From the NCBI GenBank assembly GCA_028280205.1, contig JANQME010000083.1, forward strand, positions 1-34,246: DNA of 34,246 nt, read 5' to 3'. The notes under the pieces were generated by a model. That model did not search any database, was not told where the DNA came from, and saw nothing but the letters and a program-made list of their open reading frames with translations. This stretch comes from Longimicrobiales bacterium. GTDB taxonomy: Bacteria > Gemmatimonadota > Gemmatimonadetes > Longimicrobiales > Gaopeijiaceae. Both the position numbers and the translations under genes were made by a program. Below, in pieces: positions 24,561-31,616 of this stretch. Each line of letters starts with the position of its first letter. Positions within the stretch are counted from its first letter, which is position 1.

Positions 24561-24580
24561 GAGCTTCCCGGGGGAAGCTC
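24561..24580 (-). terminator. 8-bp stem / 4-nt loop hairpin 43 nt downstream of ettA
   Basis: gagcttcc (24561-24568) cggg ggaagctc (24573-24580). No U-tract. It shares sequence blocks with the hairpin at 1744-1783 (see findings). Confidence 0.35.
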
Positions 24581-24622
24581 TGCACGGGTACGCGCGGGGC
24601 ACCACGCCCCGGCCGGGCTTCC

Positions 24623-26305
24623 TCAGTCCCGCACGAGCTTCCGGTACTTGAGGCGGTGGGGCTGGAGCGCCTCGTCACCGAGCCGAGCCCGTTTGTCTTC
24701 CTCGTACTCTCCGTAGTTGCCTTCGAACCACACGACCTTCGAGTCGCCCTCGAAGGCGAGGATGTGGGTGCAGATCCGATCGAGGAACCAGCGGTCGTGC
24801 GAGATGACCAGCACGCATCCCGCGTAGTCCAGGATGGCGTTCTCGAGCGCGCGCAGCGTGTCCACGTCGAGGTCGTTCGTGGGCTCGTCGAGCAGCATGA
24901 CGTTCCCGCCGGACTTGAGCAGCTTCGCCAGGTGGAGCCGGTTGCGCTCACCGCCGGAGAGCACACCGACCTTCTTCTGCTGATCGGAGCCGCGGAAGTT
25001 GAACCAAGACAGGTATGCGCGCGGATTCACCTCGGCCCGACCGAAGTGGAGCACGTCCACCCCTTCGCTCACTGCCTCGAAGACCGTCTTCGAGCCGTCG
25101 AGCTCGTCCCGCGACTGGTCGACGTACGCGAGCTGCACCGTCTGTCCGACCTCGACGGCGCCGTCGTCCGGTGACTCCTCGCCGACGATCATCCGGAAGA
25201 GCGTCGTCTTCCCGGCGCCGTTTCCGCCGATGATCCCGACCACCGCCCCGGGTGGAACGTCGAAGGAGAGGTCGTCGATGAGGAGATGGTCGCCGAACCC
25301 CTTGGAGACCTCTTCCGCACGGATCACCACGTTGCCCAGCCGCGGGCCCTTCGGGATGAGGATCTCCGCGGTGCGGATCTGCTCACGCTCGTCCGCGTTC
25401 AACAGCTCCTCGTACGCGTTCAGGCGCGCCTTTCCCTTCGCCTGCCGTGCGCGCGGCGACATCCGGATCCAGTCGAGCTCCCGCTCCAACGTCTTCTGCC
25501 GGGCCGACTGCGTCTTCTCCTCGACCCGGAGCCGCTCCTGCTTCTGCTCGAGCCACGAGGAGTAGTTGCCCTTCCACGGGATCCCGCGGCCGCGGTCGAG
25601 CTCGAGGATCCACTCCGCCACGTTGTCCAGGAAGTACCGGTCGTGTGTGATCGCGACGATCGTGCCGGGAAAGTCGTCGAGGTGGTGCTCGAGCCAGGCG
25701 ACCGATTCGGCGTCCAGGTGGTTCGTCGGCTCGTCGAGCAGCAGCATGTCCGGCTGTTCGAGCAGCACGCGACACAGCGCCACACGCCGCCGCTCGCCTC
25801 CGGACAGGCGCGACACGTCCGTGTCGCCGGGCGGAAGCCGCAGGGCGTCCATCGCGATCTCGATCTTCCGGTCGAGGTCCCAGGCGTCGGAGGCGTCGAT
25901 GCGGTCCTGGAGCTTCGCCTGCTCCTCGATGAGGGCATTCATCTCCTCGTCCGTCGTCACCTCGCCGAACTTCAGGTTGACCTCCTCGAAGCGCTTCAGG
26001 AGGTCGCGCGTCTCCCGGACCGCGAGCTCGACGTTGCCCCGAACGTCCAGCTCGGCATCGAGCTCGGGCTCCTGCGCGAGGTACCCGATGCGCGTTCCCT
26101 TGGCCGCCCACGCCTCGCCGAGGAAGTCGGTGTCGATCCCCGCCATGATGCGGAGCAGCGAGCTCTTTCCGGAGCCGTTCGGACCGACCACGCCGATCTT
26201 CGCGCCGGGGTAGAAGGACAGGCTGATGTCTTCGAGGATCGTGCGCTTCGGCGGCACCACCTTCGAGAGGCGGTGGAGGTGGTAGATGAACTGCGGTCCG
26301 GACAT
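24623..26305 (-). CDS. ettA: Energy-dependent translational throttle protein EttA (ABC-F family ATPase, 560 aa)
   Basis: N-terminus [56 protein letters not shown]. Two ABC cassettes (GPNGSGKSS / [11 protein letters not shown]; GGNGAGKTT / [12 protein letters not shown]), the inter-domain linker, and the C-terminus RLKYRKL. No TM segments. ATG at 26305; the listed 787-aa ORF is an upstream read-through over the SRPBCC gene. Confidence 0.92.
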   Translation of the reverse strand: MSGPQFIYHLHRLSKVVPPKRTILEDISLSFYPGAKIGVVGPNGSGKSSLLRIMAGIDTDFLGEAWAAKGTRIGYLAQEPELDAELDVRGNVELAVRETRDLLKRFEEVNLKFGEVTTDEEMNALIEEQAKLQDRIDASDAWDLDRKIEIAMDALRLPPGDTDVSRLSGGERRRVALCRVLLEQPDMLLLDEPTNHLDAESVAWLEHHLDDFPGTIVAITHDRYFLDNVAEWILELDRGRGIPWKGNYSSWLEQKQERLRVEEKTQSARQKTLERELDWIRMSPRARQAKGKARLNAYEELLNADEREQIRTAEILIPKGPRLGNVVIRAEEVSKGFGDHLLIDDLSFDVPPGAVVGIIGGNGAGKTTLFRMIVGEESPDDGAVEVGQTVQLAYVDQSRDELDGSKTVFEAVSEGVDVLHFGRAEVNPRAYLSWFNFRGSDQQKKVGVLSGGERNRLHLAKLLKSGGNVMLLDEPTNDLDVDTLRALENAILDYAGCVLVISHDRWFLDRICTHILAFEGDSKVVWFEGNYGEYEEDKRARLGDEALQPHRLKYRKLVRD

Positions 26306-26367
26306 CGGGGGAGAGCGGGTGGACGGGAAGCGGACGCGGCGGCCGCCGGCCATCGAGGCCGAAAAAT

Positions 26368-27144
26368 CTAACCGCCGGCTTCGATGCCTCCCAGCGCGGC
26401 TTCCACCCGCTCGTCCAGGGCACCCTGGAGCGCCTGCACCCGATCGGGCGCCAGTGCGTAGGTGCTCAGCCAGAAGCCGACGTGGGCCCCCTCCAACTCC
26501 ACGAAAAAGACGCTCTCCTCCAGCCCGGGCAGGACGGCGGCGAAGTGGTGGCCAGCGCGGGCCGAGACCGGACGGACGGGCCGGAGCTCGTCCAGCCGGA
26601 CCGTCGCCTCGGCGTTGTCCGCTACCAGCCGCGCATCCACGAGCCGGCTCCACGCGGCGGACCGATCGAGGGTGACGGGAACGCGCGCCCACGCCATGCG
26701 ACGCGCACGTCCGGGGTGGTGCGCAAAGCAGTGCTCCAGGTTGAACATGAAGTACGTCCAGCCGTCCACGAGCGCGTCGTACATCTCGTCCCACGAGGCG
26801 TCGGCCGAGAGGCCCGACTGGACGAGCCGCACCACCGTGCTTCCGTCGCGACCCTCGATGTGGAAGTCCACGGCGACCTTTACGGGCCGGCCCTGCTCGT
26901 CGTCTCCGTAGTGTTCCGTCCAGCCGAAGCGGCGACCCGGCTCCCAGACGTGGATCGGCGCCTCCCCCTCGCAGCCGGGACCCCAAGAGAGCCAGACCGA
27001 GCCCTCCCGTCCGGGCTCGACCCGAGCCTCGAGCGGAAACCAGCGCTGCAGCCCCTCACCCGTGGTCAGCGCGTTCCAGACCTCGTCCGGGCTCGCGGCG
27101 ATCTCCTTCTCGATCTCGATCGAGCGCGTCTCGCGTTCGCTCAT
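26368..27144 (-). CDS. SRPBCC-superfamily protein (AHSA1/Aha1-like domain) with C-terminal extension
   Basis: [30 protein letters not shown]...[12 protein letters not shown]...[20 protein letters not shown] is typical of the AHSA1/SRPBCC fold. ATG 27144 overlaps the ArsR stop (ATGA 27141-27144), the usual ArsR-SRPBCC pairing. Confidence 0.75.
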   Translation of the reverse strand: MSERETRSIEIEKEIAASPDEVWNALTTGEGLQRWFPLEARVEPGREGSVWLSWGPGCEGEAPIHVWEPGRRFGWTEHYGDDEQGRPVKVAVDFHIEGRDGSTVVRLVQSGLSADASWDEMYDALVDGWTYFMFNLEHCFAHHPGRARRMAWARVPVTLDRSAAWSRLVDARLVADNAEATVRLDELRPVRPVSARAGHHFAAVLPGLEESVFFVELEGAHVGFWLSTYALAPDRVQALQGALDERVEAALGGIEAGG

Positions 27145-27743
27145 GGTGCTTCCTCCTCGGGGCCCGCTCGAAGGGCGGGGTGGGTGCCGACGGTGAGGCG
27201 GAACCAGCGCCCGCCGGACGATTCGTCGTGGTAACGGGAGACCAGCCGCGCCACCGCGTTCGCGAGGTCTTCCGCGAAAGCGGCCTGTGCCTGCGGCGAG
27301 GTGAAGTGGATCGCGGTCTCGAGCGACAGTGTGGGGAGGCGCTTTCCGGCCGCGTCGGCACGGGCGCGTAGCTCGGCGACCTCCGAGATGGTCCGTCCGG
27401 CGACCGCGGCGAGGTGGTCGCTCGAGAATCGGTCCGCCACGTCCCTCGGCGAGGCTTCCAGCGGTCCGAGCACCGACGGCGCGATGAGGTAGTGCGTGGC
27501 CGTGGCACGGACGATCCGCTCGGTGCAGTTCCCCTTCCGTCGATCCTCCACGTGCTCCACGAGTCCGGCGCGCTCGAGCGCGCGCAGGTGGTAGTTCACC
27601 TTCTGACGCGCGAGGCCCAGGGCTTCCCCGACCGTCGTGGCCGAGCCCGGTGAGCGGAGCGCGCGTAGGACGTCTCGACGGATCGGAGACAGCGCGGTCG
27701 CGGCGCTGTCGGCGTCCTGGAGGATGGCGACGGGTGGAGACAT
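27141..27743 (-). CDS. ArsR/SmtB-family winged-helix regulator with C-terminal extension
   Basis: ALSPIRRDVLRALRSPGSATTVGEALGLARQKVNYHLRALERAGLVEHV is an ArsR HTH. Possible starts are ATG 27743 (chosen), ATG 27773 and TTG 27803. The last would place the start inside the palindromic promoter element, so it is unlikely. Confidence 0.75.
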   Translation of the reverse strand: MSPPVAILQDADSAATALSPIRRDVLRALRSPGSATTVGEALGLARQKVNYHLRALERAGLVEHVEDRRKGNCTERIVRATATHYLIAPSVLGPLEASPRDVADRFSSDHLAAVAGRTISEVAELRARADAAGKRLPTLSLETAIHFTSPQAQAAFAEDLANAVARLVSRYHDESSGGRWFRLTVGTHPALRAGPEEEAP

Positions 27744-27783
27744 GGGAGGTTTGCTCGATGATGTTCCGACCATAATAATTGTA

Positions 27784-27803
27784 TTGACAACTATATTTGT
27801 CAA
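27784..27803. promoter_or_regulatory. Perfect palindrome TTGACAA-CTATAT-TTGTCAA upstream of the ArsR gene; candidate operator overlapping a TTGACA -35-like hexamer
   Basis: ttgacaa (27784-27790) and ttgtcaa (27797-27803) are exact reverse complements. On the minus strand TTGACA is followed 17 nt later by AATTAT. The whole 27765-27805 stretch is AT-rich. Confidence 0.5.
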
Positions 27804-27846
27804 TGCCCGCGAGTCATCTTCGCTCGGTGTGCGAAGTGCGTCGGGG

Positions 27847-27882
27847 CGAACGGCGGACGGAGCCTGTCCGCCCTCTCGTTCG
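27847..27882 (-). terminator. Bipartite hairpin (5-bp outer + 7-bp inner stem) 28 nt downstream of the giant gene
   Basis: cgaac (27847-27851), ggcggac (27852-27858), loop ggagcct, gtccgcc (27866-27872), bulge, gttcg (27878-27882). No U-tract. Confidence 0.3.
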
Positions 27883-27909
27883 GCTGACGCGAGCGCGTTC
27901 GGGCCGGAA

Positions 27910-30900
27910 TCAGCGGTTCCCGGAGCCGCTGCGTGCCAGGGTGCGGTAGTACTCCTCGACGAGGCGGCGGTAGCCGTCGGGGACCTCGTCGGCGCCGCTC
28001 AGCGTCGCGCGCCGCTCGGCCTCGCCTTCGACGTCCCGGCGCAGCCCGAACTCGAGGCGCTTGAGTCGATCGAGCATGTCGTCGGACAGCTCGGCCAGCG
28101 CGGCCGGGTCCGCGAAGAGGTCGTCGTCCTGGAAGCGCTGCATCGCGGCGAGGACCGCGTCCAGATCCTCGGTCGACCGGCCCGCTTCCATCAGATCGTC
28201 GCGCAGCTCCACGACCTGTTCGCTCCGCTCGCCGAACTCGCTCTGATACTGACGGATCTCCTCGGCTGTGAAGCGCCGGGGCTCGCCGCGCGTCGCGCCG
28301 CCGAAGGGGGAGCCGGAGTAGCGGTCGCCGACCCATCCGTCGGATCCTCCCCCGCCCCCGAGGCGACCGGCCGTGCCGTCGCGGCCTTCCCGACCCTGCT
28401 GTCCTCCCTGGCCCGACTGACCCTTCTGACCGCCCTCACCCTGCTGGCCCTCCTGACCGCCCTCACCTTCGGACCCGCCCTCGACGCCTTCGCCCTGCCC
28501 GGAAGGATCACCGGGCTGGGAGGGGTCGCCGGGCTGCTGTCCCTCGGCACCCTGCGCTCCCGGGTCGCCGTTCTGACCCGGCTCGCCGTTCCGTCCCTGA
28601 CCGGGGGCGGGCTCGTTCAGGCGGCGGTCCATCGCCTCCATGCCCCGCACCAGATCGCGTGTGTCTTCGAGCGCCTCCTCGAGGGGGTTCTCCACGCGCT
28701 CGCTCGAGGCGTCTCGCGCTCGCTGGAGCTGGTCGCGCAGCGCCTGGAGATCCCCTTCGATCTGGAGCTCCATCGTCACCGCGGACTCCGGGTCCCACTG
28801 CTCGATCGTGCCACGGGTGTATTGGAGCTTCTCCTTCAGCTTCGTTTCGCGGATGAGGTTGGCCGACTCCTGGAGCTCCCGGGCGGCCTGCGGGTTGTCC
28901 GCCTGACCCCCGCGCGCGGCCTCGTCGAGCCGGCGCTCGAGCTCCTGCACGACGTCGTTCATCTGCTCCTTCCGATCCCGCAGCCTGTCGATCTCGCTCC
29001 GCCGCTCGGGGCCACGCTCGATGGGAAGCTCGCGGACGTCGCGCTGGACCTCGCGCTGCTGACGCTGAAGCTCCTCGACATCGGCGATCGCCTGCTCCGC
29101 GTCCCGTCTGGCCCGCTCCGAGCGGGCACGCTCGAGCGAGCGCCGGGCGTCTTCGAGTCGACGCTGCGCCGAGTTCGCCCCCGCCGCCGACTGTGAGCCC
29201 GACGACGCTGCCGCCTGGCGCATCTGTTCCGCGGCCTGCTGGAGGTCGCGCGCGGTCTGCTCGAGCTCCTGATCGCCCATCTCGCGGGCGAGCCGCTGGA
29301 GCTGCCGTGCCGCTTCCTCGGTCCGCTCCGCCAGCTCGCGCTGAGCCTGGCCACCGCCTCCTGCGGCTCCGGAGCTCTGAGCGGCCCGTCGGCGCTCACG
29401 CTCGGCCACCTGCTCCTGCCGCCGTGCGAGCTCCTGCAGCTCCTCGAGCAGCTCGTCGACCTGATTGTCGGCCTGCTGTTGCTGGCCGCGCTGCACCGTT
29501 TCGTACTGGTTCTTGAGCTTGTCCAGCTCCAGCTCGAAGAGATCGGCCAGATCGTCGGCGGCCTGCTGACCACCACCGCCGCCCCCTCCTCCCTGGGGCT
29601 GCTGCTGGACGTACCGCTCGTACGTCTCCTCGGCCTGCTGCAGGTAGCGGAGCGCCTCCTGTTCATCGGGAAGGGCCTCGCGCAGCTCTTCGGCCGTGAG
29701 GTCCTCCCGTGCACGGGTCATCGCCTCCGACGCGTTCGGCAGGATCGCCGAGATGTCACGGAAGCCCGCGTCGCTGCGCGTGAGGCCGCGGTTCTGCATG
29801 CGCTGCAGGAGCGTCGCGACCTGGTCCTGAAGGCGGCCCTGGGCGAGCGCGACCGAGTTCACGTTCTCGCTGAACTCATCGGGAGGATACGTGTCGCGTT
29901 GGCGGATCAGGTTGAAGGTGGCCGCGATGATCTGACGCTGCGTGTCGGAGAGCGCCGCCTCGCCCATCCCCCCGCCGCCGCCTCCCCCCCCGCCACCCTG
30001 CTGCTCGGCCTCCCGGTAGGCGCGCTCGAAGGGGCGGACGTTCAGGAAGTAGATGTCGCTCGTCACCTCGCGCCCGGCGCCGACCGAGCGGTTGTCCCGC
30101 GCGATCGCGTAGTACGAGATGAGGTCGCCGACCTCCAGATCCCACTCCTCCAGGTAGAGCGTGTGGCCGGCGGAGACTTCGGCCAGCGGCGCGCCGCTGG
30201 CCTGGAAGACCGTGAGCGTGTCCTCGCCGCCGCCGTTGACCGAGTAGACCAGCCGCACGTCGCCGACCCCGTAGTCGTCGTCGGCTCGGACCTCGAGGTA
30301 CACCTCTTCGATCGCGGAGGCGGGCATGTCGCGGCCGGGCTCCGCGAAGGAGATCGACGGCTCCAGATCCGTGAGCACGTCGATCCGATACTCGGGCGAA
30401 GCCGGGACCAGCGCGCCGTTGTCCGACCGCGCCAGCTCGATGGAGTAGAAGCTCGCGCTGCCTACGGTGAAGCGGGCGGTGAGGAGGCCGTCCTCGTCGG
30501 GCGCGAGATCCTCGATCGGCTCCCCGTCGAGCAGGAGGCGCCCGGACGGGGTGACGATCGTCGGCTCGATCTTCAGCTCGACCACCGTCCCGGCCAGGGC
30601 GGCGACGTCGCCGCCGTCCTGAACGGTGCGCGGCTGCAGGCCGGTGTAGCGCGGGAAGTAGTAGGTGAGGTCCAGGCGATCGACGTACGGAAGGTCCGCC
30701 ACGTCGATCGTGAACGTCCCCGAGCGCACACCGGTCGACTCGACGAAGTACTCCGTCGGCTCGTCGACGCCGAGCAGAAGGGCTTCGAACCCTCCCTCGA
30801 GACCGCGCACCATGCTCAGCCGCTGGAACGACTGCTCCGACTCGCCTCGGGTGAAGACCGAAGCCTCGGGGGCGTCGAAGCCACCGAGCGCCGCGGTGAT

Positions 30901-31536
30901 CATCTGGTCCGAGCCGCGCGCGATCGTCACGTCTCCGGGCTGGACGGAGACGGAGTACGGGTTCACCGACGCGGCGTCCGTCGTCGGGAAGAGGAGGGCC
31001 CCGAGGCCGACGCGCAGATGCTCGGGGCCGAAGAGCGTCGTAGCGAGCGCGGCGAAGGCGACGACGGTGAGGGCGCCGGCGAAGCGGTACAGCGCCCCCT
31101 GCTCGACGCGTCGTCCGTACCGGACTTGCCGCGCCCGGTCGAGTGCCACCTCCGTCACCCGATCGGAGAGCGCCGGCGACGCGGTGCCCGAGCCCTCGTC
31201 CAGGACGCTGGTGACCGCGTGCTCGAGCGAGGGCTCGTGCTCCTCGAGGTAGAGCGCGACTTGCGTGTCGCTCACGCGGCGAAGGAGCGGACGAACCACG
31301 AAGAAGAGGAGGGAGCCTAGGGCGGTCAGCCAGCTCGCGAGCCGCAGCCACGTCACCGCTTCCGGCGCGAAACGCGCCTGCTCGAGCGCGAGGGCCCCGA
31401 GGAAGACGACCGCGCCGGTGAGGAGCAAAGTCTGGAGGAGACCCCGGAGAAGGAGGCGTGCGCGCCAGCGCCAGCGGACGCGCCGCACGACGCTCTCGAC
31501 ACGCCGGCGGGCCATTCTCTTCTCGGAGTCCCTCAT
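27910..31536 (-). CDS. Large membrane-anchored coiled-coil / Gly-Gln-rich protein, DUF4175 / TIGR02302-like (about 1208 aa)
   Basis: Three N-terminal hydrophobic helices: LLQTLLLTGAVVFLGALAL, LASWLTALGSLLFFVV, FAGALTVVAFAALATTLF. Two beta-rich repeats begin IDVADLPYV and IDVLTDLEPS; the second contains ADDDYGVGDVRLVY. Then come poly-Gly tracts, roughly 360 aa of Q/E/R-rich heptad-like sequence, a Gly/Gln/Glu/Pro tract and the C-terminal motif VPDGYRRLVEEYYRTLA. ATG 31536 is preceded by GGGAG with 6-nt spacing. The listed TTG 31566 and ATG 31515 are alternatives. Confidence 0.75.
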   Translation of the reverse strand: MRDSEKRMARRRVESVVRRVRWRWRARLLLRGLLQTLLLTGAVVFLGALALEQARFAPEAVTWLRLASWLTALGSLLFFVVRPLLRRVSDTQVALYLEEHEPSLEHAVTSVLDEGSGTASPALSDRVTEVALDRARQVRYGRRVEQGALYRFAGALTVVAFAALATTLFGPEHLRVGLGALLFPTTDAASVNPYSVSVQPGDVTIARGSDQMITAALGGFDAPEASVFTRGESEQSFQRLSMVRGLEGGFEALLLGVDEPTEYFVESTGVRSGTFTIDVADLPYVDRLDLTYYFPRYTGLQPRTVQDGGDVAALAGTVVELKIEPTIVTPSGRLLLDGEPIEDLAPDEDGLLTARFTVGSASFYSIELARSDNGALVPASPEYRIDVLTDLEPSISFAEPGRDMPASAIEEVYLEVRADDDYGVGDVRLVYSVNGGGEDTLTVFQASGAPLAEVSAGHTLYLEEWDLEVGDLISYYAIARDNRSVGAGREVTSDIYFLNVRPFERAYREAEQQGGGGGGGGGGMGEAALSDTQRQIIAATFNLIRQRDTYPPDEFSENVNSVALAQGRLQDQVATLLQRMQNRGLTRSDAGFRDISAILPNASEAMTRAREDLTAEELREALPDEQEALRYLQQAEETYERYVQQQPQGGGGGGGGQQAADDLADLFELELDKLKNQYETVQRGQQQQADNQVDELLEELQELARRQEQVAERERRRAAQSSGAAGGGGQAQRELAERTEEAARQLQRLAREMGDQELEQTARDLQQAAEQMRQAAASSGSQSAAGANSAQRRLEDARRSLERARSERARRDAEQAIADVEELQRQQREVQRDVRELPIERGPERRSEIDRLRDRKEQMNDVVQELERRLDEAARGGQADNPQAARELQESANLIRETKLKEKLQYTRGTIEQWDPESAVTMELQIEGDLQALRDQLQRARDASSERVENPLEEALEDTRDLVRGMEAMDRRLNEPAPGQGRNGEPGQNGDPGAQGAEGQQPGDPSQPGDPSGQGEGVEGGSEGEGGQEGQQGEGGQKGQSGQGGQQGREGRDGTAGRLGGGGGSDGWVGDRYSGSPFGGATRGEPRRFTAEEIRQYQSEFGERSEQVVELRDDLMEAGRSTEDLDAVLAAMQRFQDDDLFADPAALAELSDDMLDRLKRLEFGLRRDVEGEAERRATLSGADEVPDGYRRLVEEYYRTLARSGSGNR
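28342..28605 (-). repeat. In-frame low-complexity Gly/Gln/Glu/Pro repeat region within the giant gene (aa about 988-1075)
   Basis: Encodes GQGRNGEPGQNGDPGAQGAEGQQPGDPSQPGDPSGQGEGVEGGSEGEGGQEGQQGEGGQKGQSGQGGQQGREGRDGTAGRLGGGGG. An exact 15-nt direct repeat ctgaccgccctcacc occurs at 28426-28440 and 28453-28467 (27-nt period). Confidence 0.85.
29968..29997 (-). repeat. Poly-glycine tract (10 consecutive Gly codons) in the giant gene; a second 8-Gly tract lies at 29569-29592
   Basis: The plus strand reads a C-rich run (ccc ccc gcc gcc gcc tcc ccc ccc gcc acc), the complement of mixed GGN codons. Mixed codon usage argues against simple slippage. Confidence 0.85.
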
Positions 31537-31616
31537 CTCACGCTCCCTGTACACGCCTTCACCCAACGTACGCCCCGGCGGCCGAGCGCCGCCATCGCCA
31601 CCCGCACCTCCCTTGA

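Noticed and set aside
24623-26305. EttA as the missing ATPase for the three orphan permeases
   Set aside because: It is a soluble ABC-F protein with two fused cassettes, an inter-domain linker and the conserved EttA N- and C-termini. ABC-F proteins act on the ribosome and do not energise membrane permeases.
26306-26986. 227-codon N-terminal extension of the ettA ORF (listed 24623..26986)
   Set aside because: EttA proteins start MSxxxFIY..., exactly as at ATG 26305. The extension is Arg/Gly-rich and overlaps the well-supported SRPBCC gene in another frame.
28342-28605. Possible CRISPR array or non-coding tandem repeat, suggested by the recurring ctgaccgccctcacc
   Set aside because: The repeats lie in frame inside an open 1200-codon ORF and encode Gly/Gln/Glu low complexity. 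There is only one exact 15-nt duplicate, no regular repeat-spacer structure and no cas genes.
28540-28605. True collagen triple-helix domain in the giant protein
   Set aside because: Only about six consecutive G-X-Y triplets are present before the register breaks. That is too short to call a collagen-like domain, so I treat it as low complexity.
27637-31351. Plus-strand ORFs 27637..29196 and 29479..31320, and minus-strand ORF 29876..31351, overlapping the giant gene
   Set aside because: These are antisense or shifted frames with no motifs. The called frame has TM helices, beta-rich repeats and a conserved-looking C-terminus.
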